Assembly: GCF_018350175.1 (NCBI RefSeq)
Contig: NC_058374.1
Span: 113,832,001 to 113,896,000, forward strand
Reading direction: 5' to 3'
DNA length: 64,000 nt
Source of the DNA: Felis catus
Taxonomy: Eukaryota
Shown here: piece by piece, positions 24,141-34,149 of the stretch
Numbering within the stretch: position 1 is the stretch's first letter
Layout: each line of letters starts with the position of its first letter
The notes under the pieces: model-generated
Told to the model about the DNA's origin: nothing
What the model saw: the letters and a program-made list of their open reading frames with translations, nothing else
Databases searched by the model: none
Program-made: the position numbers and the translations under genes

Positions 24141-25906
24141 CAGTAACTTGAAGGCTCACCAGTTTAATTTATAGGAAATACAATTCCATTCAGTCTACGG
24201 ACAAAACTGTTATAAATCAGGACTGGAAGATACATCTATCCTGTTTACAGTGCCACTGTCAAATCTTACCATTTTAGGTTTGTGCCCATTTACAGAATCT
24301 TATCAAATAAAGTCCAATTTGCAGTCACCTTTCCTTCCTACAAATTTACAGATTGCTCAGAACCAGAGAGAAAAGATACAGGAGACTTCTGGCTAACCCA
24401 TAAATGCTAAGGCTAATGTAATCACTGGTGTGCAACTAACTACGTGAACTCAGTTCTTTTACAACCATGCATGCAAATAAAGGAAATGTTTCGAGAGCCC
24501 TAACGTTTAAAAAGAAAATTTCTAAAAACATAAAATGTGGATCTCAGCACATAGCAATACATAGTTTAATATAGAGGAGCACATAGACTTTGAATTGGTA
24601 GAACACTTAATTTGGGGTTTCTGTTGGCTGTAAAAAATGTCTTAATTTTATAAATACGGACTTAAGAAGCTAAAATTAGACAAGATAACCTTCTTTGAAG
24701 TGCTACCAGTTTCTCATTTGAAGCCGTATCACTTAACATAATAATCACAAGTTATTAAAAGAGCAAACCCTCATCTACCTTAGTGATCTAGAGAAAGTAT
24801 TTTTGATCAGGCACCCCATCAATGGAATTTTTAGTACATGCCCAATATATTTGTTTACAAAATGTACCATGTGCTTGTGCAAACTCACATGAAAACACAC
24901 ACAAAAATACTTTAGGAGAATGACATAAAGGTACTTTGGAGATCACCTATTCAGAGAATTATTAAAAGTACATGTGCCCACAGGTGACCATGTCTTCTGT
25001 CTGTTATGATTTGAAATAATAGTTTGATGTGATAGTCTCCAAATACAGGAATGCAGTTAACTCTACTCTCATTTCCTGCCTGGTGATCTCTGTCCTGATG
25101 TTAGATGTCTGGCCTACACTTAATCACCCTTCTATCATCAGAAGGGGGGTCACAAACGGCCTTCACAACTAAAAGGCACGAGGAAAGAGGCTTATAATCA
25201 AGCAGTTCCTAACAGCTTCAAAAACATTGTCCCTTTATAAAATACCTAGACAAAGGCACTAAGCATTAGATTCGAATGTCTTTAAAAATGCCTATAGGTA
25301 CAGGCTTTCTTTAAGCTATCCCACTCCCCACCCCCCACCCCCACCCCGCCCAGTTTCCACTTGGTATGAACCATAAACCTCACTACCACTTCGACCTGCA
25401 TGTTCACAAAGTGAGCGCAGACTCGGTCCCAGATTCGTGAATTACAGAATCCCTACAGTCCTGCTTCCCAAACTCTCTGCCAAAAGATGGCTGCACAGAC
25501 CTCTCGATATTCATCAACATCAAAACGATAAACAGCATGCAAAGGTTCCTATGAAAGTCAGAAGTTGAACTCCAAAATGTTCCTTTTAAGATTATTTAAC
25601 TACGAGAGGACAGAAAACACTTACAGAATCGAAAATCCTCAACTGGAAATGAAATTGGCAGCCTTATCATTTTCTATCGTTTGACACTCTGAACAATATC
25701 AAAAGAAACTGGTTAGCTAAGTTAAAACTGTAGTCAAAAAAACTGGCGTCAATTATATTCCATAAATTGTTGAGGAAATGGTGGCAATCCTATTAATACA
25801 ACCTAAGGCTTACTTGTTTAGGAGCACCTTAAAACTACAAAGTTTAACATCTTGTTTAACAATGTTTCTTCACTTTAGGCTATTCTCAGAAAAAAAAAGC
25901 AAAAAA

Positions 25907-25912
<6 letters not shown>

Positions 25913-25958
<46 letters not shown>
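25913..25958. repeat. (TA)n microsatellite
   Basis: About 23 units. Confidence 0.98.
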
Positions 25959-25964
<6 letters not shown>

Positions 25965-27149
25965 CCAGAAACTATAAATCACATATAAATTCCTCTGGCC
26001 TTTTTGCAGTAATATAAATGACTTCAGGACTCATTTAAGCAGCTTAGTTTGCTTAGTAGTACAAACTATTTCACTACAAGTTTTTCACCCTGTTATGTTC
26101 CAAACATAAAAAATACTGTTATATTTCAGCAGTAGCCACATACGCAGACTGAGATGAAATTAAACTCTCTGCAGTCTCTGTACTTTCAGACAAATAAGAA
26201 ATACGTTGTTTCAGACAATCCAAAATAAAACTATTGATAACTTCTCCCCATAGCTTATCAACAGCATCTCATCACATTAGCTGAAATAGGGGTGCAAAGG
26301 AGAGAGGTATGATTTTCAATATATAATACACTTTTAATCTTTAGTTCTTAAAGATCATAATAGTCAGGAAGACTGCTTCAACCTGAAGGCCAATTCCACA
26401 ATCTGTAACACCCATACAAAACAAAAACTACTTGCGATTTGTGAAGAACGGTGACTTAGGGAAATCATTTATGCAACAGTACCAGAAAGCGATTTTCTAG
26501 TGGACTTTCCCGTCTACTACTAATACAAGAAATATTGTAACTCAAGGCTATGGACATGTGATTCCCATCCCAGACTGAAGGGGAGAACACAGCCACATTA
26601 TCCTGCACAAACCAGGGTAATCCTTGCTTCAGCACTATAGAGCAAGATAGTACTTACATTTGGAGAAGAGGAAATAATTTTAAAACTACCTGTTAAAATT
26701 CAGAAAAGTGGCACCCGTAACGATACTGCTAATAATCATGAACTCTTGGTGCCAACGGCAGCTAAGGATTTTTGAAAGCATACTTAAGGAAGTATCTATC
26801 TTCTCACTCAGTGTAAAAGCCTTCTAAATTCTATCGGTATTAAATTTCTTACAAGTACACAGATACAATGACTGCACGTGCAGGTTGGTACACTCCTGCA
26901 TGTGCATAGAGCAGCACACAAACGTTTTCATCCAAACAGCTAGGCAAAAACAGTCCCCAGAAGCAATGAATGAGAAATCAAAAAGCTCCAGTACCGTAAG
27001 CAATTGTCTGGAGAACGTAAGGGTTAAAGTCCCGGGAAACAGCAGGATGCCAGGTCTCAGTGATATTTGCAAGCCTTTTTAAAGAGGAACTTTAACAGCT
27101 CCTTAAGTGCCAGACATCACCTACATTCTAAAGTGAAATGTTTTTAAGT

Positions 27150-27760
27150 TCTCTTCCTACCGAATTTCTTTGAAAGTACCGAGAAGTCTGACGTCACCAT
27201 CTCCAAAAATGATTTTCCAGTTGAGAATCGGTTCTATGACCCAAGTTTCAGGTTAGAATATACTCCTAAACTCTCCGGACACTCTGCCTTAGGCTCCAAT
27301 GGCTTAGTATGCAAAACCTTACCAAGCACCTGGCTTCAAAGGAGTTACCAGAGATGCAGTTGGCAAACAATGCTAATCAGAACTGGAGTGAGACCTGTGG
27401 AAGACGACACTACACACTACCGGTTGTATCCTTGTACATTCAAATTTGAAAAACTGGGAGGCTTCTCAAAGAACACGCTGGAAAATAAAACCATAACTGG
27501 TAAGGGTATTCCGCGTGCCGTGGTTCTAATGCGAATGACGGGTGAAGTACACATTGTTCGTATTCTAAACACCTGCGTATTCGGCTGTGGGTTTACTTCT
27601 GTGTATCCCCAAATTTGGGACTACTGATTTCAAGTAACCTCTACTGCGGGGTATTTCCAGTGTGATCATGTTTATTACATGCGTATCTCAAAAGCCACTG
27701 TAAGTTAACGGTGTACCGAAAAACTCAACCTTCTCCACTTTCAAAATCCCGTTCAACCAA
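27150..27760. promoter_or_regulatory. Second CpG-enriched patch with perfect CRE
   Basis: TGACGTCA at 27189-27196; visibly more CpGs than the flanks. Confidence 0.3.
27671..27676 (-). terminator. Candidate distal poly(A) signal for BTG1 (AATAAA)
   Basis: tttatt on plus, ~1.7 kb past the stop codon. Use is not demonstrable from sequence. Confidence 0.3.
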
Positions 27761-28378
27761 AGAACTACCAACAAGTTTTTATCACATGGGGTAGTGGAGT
27801 AATGTACACTCTGGCAAGGTTTCGTTTAGGTTCTGAGAATTTATCTGAAACAGAAGTCTGAAAATAAGGGATCAAAAACTCACATTTCAACTTTTGAGAA
27901 TAAAAATTGATAAACGTACCTGTTGTTGAATTCCAGCTTAAGTGATTTTTATGTAAATCTTGCAGCTGATGAAAAGCAAAACACCACCATCTCTGCAGTG
28001 ATTAGCCTGTTCTTTAAGACTATGGGTCACCTACCCCAGGATTTTCTAATTGAACATGGATTCCATGGGGCAAAATTATTGTTTTTCAAAGGTGGGCCAG
28101 AACGGAACATTTATATCTTCACTTCGACAGGGAAGCAATGAGATATAATCCTCTGAGTATCATTTTTGGTAGATGTTACCTTTGTCTCTTATCCTCATTT
28201 CGTGAGATTAGCCTGGTAATGTGTCCATGTTTTGACTTTGGAGATTTAAAAAAAAAAGTTACCCTGTGTTTCCTCTAACACCTAGACATGTACACTCCCA
28301 TCAAATGTTTTTCAGCGTGACCAGTGTGCAACTGACATTCACATAGCTTATAGAACCTAAGTCTTCTGAGAAACATAT

Positions 28379-29366
28379 NNNNNNNNNNNNNNNNNNNNNN
28401 NNNNNNNNNNNNNNNNNNNNNNNNNNNNNNNNNNNNNNNNNNNNNNNNNNNNNNNNNNNNNNNNNNNNNNNNNNNNNNNNNNNNNNNNNNNNNNNNNNNN
28501 NNNNNNNNNNNNNNNNNNNNNNNNNNNNNNNNNNNNNNNNNNNNNNNNNNNNNNNNNNNNNNNNNNNNNNNNNNNNNNNNNNNNNNNNNNNNNNNNNNNN
28601 NNNNNNNNNNNNNNNNNNNNNNNNNNNNNNNNNNNNNNNNNNNNNNNNNNNNNNNNNNNNNNNNNNNNNNNNNNNNNNNNNNNNNNNNNNNNNNNNNNNN
28701 NNNNNNNNNNNNNNNNNNNNNNNNNNNNNNNNNNNNNNNNNNNNNNNNNNNNNNNNNNNNNNNNNNNNNNNNNNTTGCCACGGCAGATTCTGGTCACTTG
28801 CTACTCTCAAGGCCAAAAACACAATACAAGGTCTGACCATTTCCCCAGGTCATGCTTACTAGGTTTGTCTTATGTACATTTATACAAATTTAAGTGCTAG
28901 GTAAAAGTCTTGTCAAAATTTCCAGTACTACCATGTTTCAAATGTTGAGCTTTCCTAGTCAGCTGCCAAAAAAGTTAACCATTTTCAAGTGTAATAGTGC
29001 AAATTTCCTCCGCACGGTCTACTGCAGAGAAAGGTTCTTTGAAATACAGATTTGCCTTAAAGGGATTGATGGAAAAAATNNNNNNNNNNNNNNNNNNNNN
29101 NNNNNNNNNNNNNNNNNNNNNNNNNNNNNNNNNNNNNNNNNNNNNNNNNNNNNNNNNNNNNNNNNNNNNNNNNNNNNNNNNNNNNNNNNNNNNNNNNNNN
29201 NNNNNNNNNNNNNNNNNNNNNNNNNNNNNNNNNNNNNNNNNNNNNNNNNNNNNNNNNNNNNNNNNNNNNNNNNNNNNNNNNNNNNNNNNNNNNNNNNNNN
29301 NNNNNNNNNNNNNNNNNNNNNNNNNNNNNNNNNNNNNNNNNAGATGATCCATCCATAGACTATATC
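28379..29366 (-). other. BTG1: BTG1 3'UTR (proximal isoform; partly in N gaps 28379-28774 and 29080-29341)
   Basis: Visible 28775-29079 and 29342-29366 match my recollection of mammalian BTG1 3'UTR (GATATAGTCTATGGATGGATCATCT; GCATGACCTGGGGAAATGGTCAGACCTTGTATTGTGTTTTTGGCC). The proximal poly(A) site probably lies in the 28379-28774 gap. Confidence 0.85.
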
Positions 29367-29562
29367 TTAACCTGATACAGTCATCATATTGTAGTTTTTG
29401 GAAGGGCTTGTTCTGCCCAAGAGAAGTTCCTCCTTACAGCTGATTCTGCTGTCTACCATTTGCACGCTGCTGCTGTTTTGAGTGCTACCTCCTGCTGGTG
29501 AGGCTTCGTACAGCACACAGATGGAGCCATCCTCTCCAATTCTGTAGGACACTTCGTAGGGG
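29367..29562 (-). CDS. BTG1: BTG anti-proliferation factor 1, exon 2, visible C-terminal part (P108-G171, TAA)
   Basis: Reads [64 protein letters not shown]. This includes the end of Box B, Box C ([13 protein letters not shown]1-binding) and the BTG1-specific tail. Confidence 0.98.
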
Positions 29563-29802
29563 NNNNNNNNNNNNNNNNNNNNNNNNNNNNNNNNNNNNNN
29601 NNNNNNNNNNNNNNNNNNNNNNNNNNNNNNNNNNNNNNNNNNNNNNNNNNNNNNNNNNNNNNNNNNNNNNNNNNNNNNNNNNNNNNNNNNNNNNNNNNNN
29701 NNNNNNNNNNNNNNNNNNNNNNNNNNNNNNNNNNNNNNNNNNNNNNNNNNNNNNNNNNNNNNNNNNNNNNNNNNNNNNNNNNNNNNNNNNNNNNNNNNNN
29801 NN
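29563..29802 (-). CDS. BTG1: N gap inferred to hold the 5' part of BTG1 exon 2 (~172 coding nt) and the splice acceptor
   Basis: The reading frame runs into the gap. Content is inferred from the known two-exon, 171-aa BTG1 structure. Confidence 0.7.
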
Positions 29803-30709
29803 CTGTAAGATCCCGCTATGGCTTCCTCCTTCCGCAGGCTCCTTTGAAAAGTGAAAAATTTAAACTATCAACTTTCAAAAAACGCCCAGCACCGCACCGC
29901 GGCTGTGCGTGCTTGGGGCTGGGGAAAAGAGCGGGCAGGGTTTTAGAAACAACACAGTAGTAGGGGACAAAACAATCTCCAGGAACCAACCGGTTGAGCC
30001 GCCAAAACAGGAATCCGGCGCGCGGCCTCGGCTGGCCGGGCAGCCGGATGGCACCGGCGGCCAGGCGGGAACCTGTTTACTTTCTCCACCCCACCCCAGC
30101 CGCACACAATGGGGTTTATGGCTTTGGAGGAGAAGCGCCACCGGGCTGTTAACCCCGAAGGGAAGAAAAACAAGCAACCCTAACTAAACCAAGCGCTGGG
30201 CAGGGCTGCAACTGAACCGGTGACAAATCCGATGATTAATGGTCAGGGGTAGGAGGCGCGGGGCGACGGCACGTCCGTCCCGGGCTGGCCTCGGGGCAGC
30301 GGCAGGGTCTCCCAGCCCCGGGCCCGGCCGCCGAGCCCACAACGGTTGGAGGGGGTTGGGGGAGGGGGCGTCGAACTACCCCCAGCCCCGCAGCTCCTTT
30401 GTCCCCAAATCCGCGGACGGTCCGAGGACCGCAGCTCCCGCCTCAGTGGCTGTAGTCTCTTTGTTGTGAGCCTGTTCCCTTCTCCCCTCGGTGGGGCAGC
30501 CGTGGGGGAGGGGGAGCCCTCGGCCCAGCCCCCAAACCTTCGCCAGGACCCGCCGTTAGCGGCCGCCAGGCGCGCCTGCCCCGCTCCCGCGGCGGGACCC
30601 GAGCGCGGCCGGCCCGGGGCAGTGCCGCGGCTTCCGCGGCCCCGACGGCTCGGCCCGCCTCCCGCCCCGGGTGTGCTGTCCGCGTCCGCCCGGCGCCCCT
30701 CGCCCTCCC
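29803..30709 (-). other. BTG1: BTG1 intron 1 (visible part), with forkhead motif TGTTTAC at 30074-30080
   Basis: GC-rich sequence between the two masked coding segments. Splice sites are hidden in the gaps. Confidence 0.8.
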
Positions 30710-30945
30710 NNNNNNNNNNNNNNNNNNNNNNNNNNNNNNNNNNNNNNNNNNNNNNNNNNNNNNNNNNNNNNNNNNNNNNNNNNNNNNNNNNNNNNNNNNN
30801 NNNNNNNNNNNNNNNNNNNNNNNNNNNNNNNNNNNNNNNNNNNNNNNNNNNNNNNNNNNNNNNNNNNNNNNNNNNNNNNNNNNNNNNNNNNNNNNNNNNN
30901 NNNNNNNNNNNNNNNNNNNNNNNNNNNNNNNNNNNNNNNNNNNNN
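30710..30945 (-). CDS. BTG1: N gap inferred to hold the end of the 5'UTR, the BTG1 start codon and exon-1 CDS (~148 nt)
   Basis: Lies between a recognisable BTG1 leader and intron-like sequence; the 236-bp size fits. Confidence 0.7.
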
Positions 30946-31187
30946 CCGGGCTCCCTCGCAGGTCAGAGGGCTGAGAGGAAGAGAGGGCGGGAGGGGCGGA
31001 CAGCTACTTTTTTTCTCCTTTATAGTAAAAAAGTTATTTTCACGACAGGAGGCGGCAGGCGAGAGGAAGAGACGAGCGACGGCGGCCTGGTCACATCGCT
31101 CGGACTTCCCCAGCCGCCTCCGCGTCCAGCTCCGCAGCCTCCGAAGCTCCTAACAGTTGCATTTCCAGCTCGGAGCGGCGAAGAGAT
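30946..31187 (-). other. BTG1: BTG1 5'UTR (visible part); TSS inferred at ~31180-31187
   Basis: CGATGTGACCAGGCCGCCGTCGCTCGTCTCTTCCTCTC...GAAAATAACTTTTTT matches the recalled BTG1 leader; TATA box lies 26-33 nt upstream. Confidence 0.85.
31091..31162 (-). CDS. Upstream ORF in the BTG1 leader, 23 aa (MQLLGASEAAELDAEAAGEVRAM*)
   Basis: ATG at 31162-31160 (G at -3), open for 23 codons, ending ATG-TGA at 31096-31091. Translation is not shown. Confidence 0.6.
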   Translation of the reverse strand: MQLLGASEAAELDAEAAGEVRAM

Positions 31188-31206
31188 GCAGGAGCCGTGC
31201 AGTAGC

Positions 31207-31213
31207 TTTTATA
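31207..31213 (-). promoter_or_regulatory. TATA box (TATAAAA)
   Basis: GCTATAAAAGC on minus, inside GC-rich sequence just upstream of the leader. Confidence 0.85.
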
Positions 31214-31224
31214 GCGCGGCGGAA

Positions 31225-31292
31225 AGGAAGTGGCGTACCTGGAGCATGACGGCCGAGTTCAGCCAATCCGGAGATCGCACCATTGTGACGCA
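31225..31292. promoter_or_regulatory. Proximal promoter motifs: ETS (AGGAAGTG 31225-31232), CCAAT box (CAGCCAATC 31260-31268), CRE-like TGACGCA (31286-31292)
   Basis: Direct motif matches at typical promoter positions. Confidence 0.65.
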
Positions 31293-31309
31293 GCAGATTC
31301 GGAGCCGGA

Positions 31310-31335
31310 GGGGGCGGGAAAAGGGGGCTAGGGGG
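31310..31335 (+). promoter_or_regulatory. GC box overlapping a canonical G-quadruplex motif
   Basis: GGGGG-C-GGG-AAAA-GGGGG-CTA-GGGGG. Confidence 0.6.
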
Positions 31336-31367
31336 TGGATGCGGAGACGGGGAAGAGAGGGAGGAGC

Positions 31368-31390
31368 TGACGTAATCCGCTTGTAAACAA
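31368..31390. promoter_or_regulatory. CRE/ATF site (TGACGTAA 31368-31375) next to a FOXO site (GTAAACAA 31383-31390)
   Basis: Direct motif matches ~190-200 bp upstream of the TSS; BTG1 is an established FOXO3 target. Confidence 0.7.
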
Positions 31391-32512
31391 ATAAACTCCG
31401 GAGCGGCGGCCCGGGACCGGCGGGCTGTGGCCAAGGGACGGAGCAGAGCGAGGGTGCGCGTGTGAAAGCTCCGCCCCCAGCCCTAGCTCCTCCTTCCCGG
31501 TTCAGCTACTCCGGGCCCAGCGCCAGCGCATCCTCTGCGAGAGTGAGCTGCCTGGGCTCGCTCGCGGGGAGTCTCAGTGCTGGGCAGATAAAAAGCCTTC
31601 TTGGCGTCCGCGCGCGCAGATCCGGCTGCAAGTCCGAGGTGCCTGTCCCCTCGCGCGCTGGGTGTTTCAATCTCGTCCCCGCTCCTAAGAGGCTGGTTCC
31701 CCAAGCGGGAGGTTCTGGCCGAGCAGCGGGGTTCGCGTGCCGGTGCAGAAAGTGTGCGGGGGCGTGCAGCGGGGATACGGAGAAAGTGGAACGAAAGGGC
31801 TACTATTGAAGGTCTTTCTGCAGCTCTAGGGAGTCGGGGGGCCGGGGGGTCTCCTAGTAGACGTGCTGCCTACGTCAGGGAACCGTTTCAGCTTCACCCT
31901 CGGGAGGAGCGGGGGTGTCTTTGTAAAAGTTTAATTGCAAAATAAATAGAAGGTTAGTAAGCCTTTTGTGGTTGCTGTTTCAGTAATTTCAGGAGTCAAA
32001 CGAGAGAGGAGTGGAGACCTTACTGAATCCAGCGTCGTGCTGATAGGAAAGCCTGTTACTGAAGATAATGTAGTAACGCGGATCCCGTAAAGTTAAGGCT
32101 GTACTGGAAACACACATTTGTGTAATGCATTTACACCGTTTATACCTTAACCAAGGTATAAGGTCTGGTCCAAATAGGTCTCGGGCCCTTGCTCTTTATA
32201 AAAACAGAAGAAAATAAAGATTAAATTTGAAGCTTGGGGAAGTATTAGGCTTAGACATTTGAGTTTACTGGAAACCCTACTTGCAAAACTAGAGAAAAAG
32301 ATTTGTGCTAAGGCTTGAGCCTGCTAAAACGATTAAGCCTAAGAGAGGGTTAACTCTAACTCCAGTAAGGAGGAGAGGGAAAAAAAAAAAAAAAAAGATG
32401 GTGAGTCGGACAGATGGAGAAAGCAAACAAGAGGCAGAAGTTGAACTCTACCAGATGGAAATAAATATCCTGAGTTTAGTTGGTCATCAGTATTGCAAAA
32501 CACACCACTTTG

Positions 32513-32514
<2 letters not shown>

Positions 32515-32560
<46 letters not shown>
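32515..32560. repeat. (GT)23 microsatellite
   Basis: Perfect repeat. Confidence 0.98.
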
Positions 32561-32563
<3 letters not shown>

Positions 32564-32941
32564 AAGTACTAGCCAAAGGGTATAGAAATGTAGCAAAAGT
32601 AGAACTTGTATAAAGCTGAAGGAGAAAACGTTTTATTGTTTAAATGAAACATGTAAAACTGGGTTTGGAAAAACTGCTAGGTTAGTTTTAAATTCATACA
32701 CAATAATTAGGTAGTTAAACTAAGCTAAATGCTTTAAAGATAGTGTTGTTAAAAGCATTGACTTTTGTGAACATCTTTTCTTTGGATAAATGCATCAAAA
32801 ATAATGGCAAATAAGGTACATCTGTTCCATTCTAGGACTTTTTGGATAGAACTTTGTTTAAAAATAAACATCACGGTAATTCACTGAGGACATGAAACCT
32901 CTTACTACTCAAAAAGAAATAGGAAAAACTGAAGTAAATTC

Positions 32942-33140
32942 TTTTTTTTTTTTTAATGTTTATTTATTATTGAGACAGAGCATGAACGGGGGAGGGTCAG
33001 AGAGAGAGGGAGACACAGAATCCAAAGTAGGTTCTGAGCTGTCAGCACAGAGCCCGGTGAGGGGCTTGAACTCAGGGACTATGAGATCATGACCTGAGCT
33101 GAAGGCTGACGCTTAATCGACTGAGCCACCCAGGTGCCCC
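32942..33140 (-). mobile_element. CanSINE
   Basis: Full body; TSD tgaagtaaattc/tgaggtaaatgc. Confidence 0.94.
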
Positions 33141-33834
33141 TGAGGTAAATGCTTAAAATCACCATAGCCCTAGCACAAGATCTTCTGATAGCCCTCCTAA
33201 CCCCACCCACCCTTAATCATCTGCGATGTTCATTTTCCTCACTTTATCAGTCATTCCAGCATTAGATGAGAAATCAAATGAAGCCTCGTCTCCAACTTGG
33301 GCTCCTGATCATCTGAGCTTCAGTTGACTCCTCTGCAAAACAAGTAATGAAGTTAACAAAATGCTAGGATTTGAACTCAGACTTGTCTCTCAAGTCCTTG
33401 TTTTTTCCACTTTTACTGCCTTCCCAGACAGTGGCTGGACTCCTGAAAACTTTTTAAAGTCAGTTAGGTAGGGTTACCAGAAAGTTAAACTCACCCCCAC
33501 ACTTTTTTATTGTATGTGTATGTTTCCCACTTTAAATCATTCTTTTAAGAGACAATGGATTTAAGAAATTAGTCGCTGGGGGAATCTAGGGAGAGAACTC
33601 AGGGAAAGAACTGGAAATAAATATTGGCCCTCAATGCAAGCTTTAGATAGTGCACCATGTTAATTACCAACAGTTTTCAATTCTGGACATATATATGTTT
33701 AGTAATATTTTTCCAGAGGTTTAGTCAGGCTCTTCCCATCTAAAAGACAAGCTGGTGTTTCTCAACAGCTTTTGAATTATAAAGGCACTTTCTTATTTTT
33801 CTGTTAGGCTAAAACTATAGGGCAGTCTCAACTC

Positions 33835-34131
33835 CAGCTGACCCTTGAAAAATGCAGGGATTAAGGGCAGGGGACCAGAAGCAGTCAAATCCATGTATTA
33901 TTTTGGACTCCCCAAAACTTAACTCCTCATAGCTTACTGTTGAGCAGCAGCCTTACCAATAACATAAAGTCAATTAACATGTATTTTGTATGTTATATGT
34001 ATTATATACTGTATTCTTAAGGTAAAGCTAAGAAAATAAAATACATTTATAATCTAGTGTGGCATTGATCAAAAAGTCCGCATGTAAGTGGACCCACACA
34101 GCTCGAAGCCATGTTGGTGAAGGGTCAACTG
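33835..34131. mobile_element. Tigger2-like TcMar MITE
   Basis: Terminal inverted repeats cagctgacccttgaaaaatg / catgttggtgaagggtcaactg followed by TA. Confidence 0.85.
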
Positions 34132-34149
34132 TATTTACACACCCATTTC

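Larger units (their letters stand above)
29960..31880. promoter_or_regulatory. CpG island over the BTG1 promoter, exon 1 and intron 1
   Basis: Very high GC and CpG density versus AT-rich flanks. Confidence 0.95.

Noticed and set aside
29367-29552. ORF-track 61-aa protein starting at 29552
   Set aside because: The start is GTG (Val111) inside BTG1 exon 2. The frame continues into the gap, so it is not a separate gene.
29803-29812. TCTTACAG just before the gap as the BTG1 splice acceptor
   Set aside because: Upstream sequence is purine-rich with several AGs, and the gap is ~68 nt longer than the missing CDS. The real acceptor is more likely inside the gap.
30346-31945. Long GC-rich ORFs over the CpG island (346, 160, 115, 114, 94 aa)
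   Set aside because: They are Pro/Arg/Gly/Ala-rich products of stop-poor GC DNA, some spanning N runs, with no recognisable domains.
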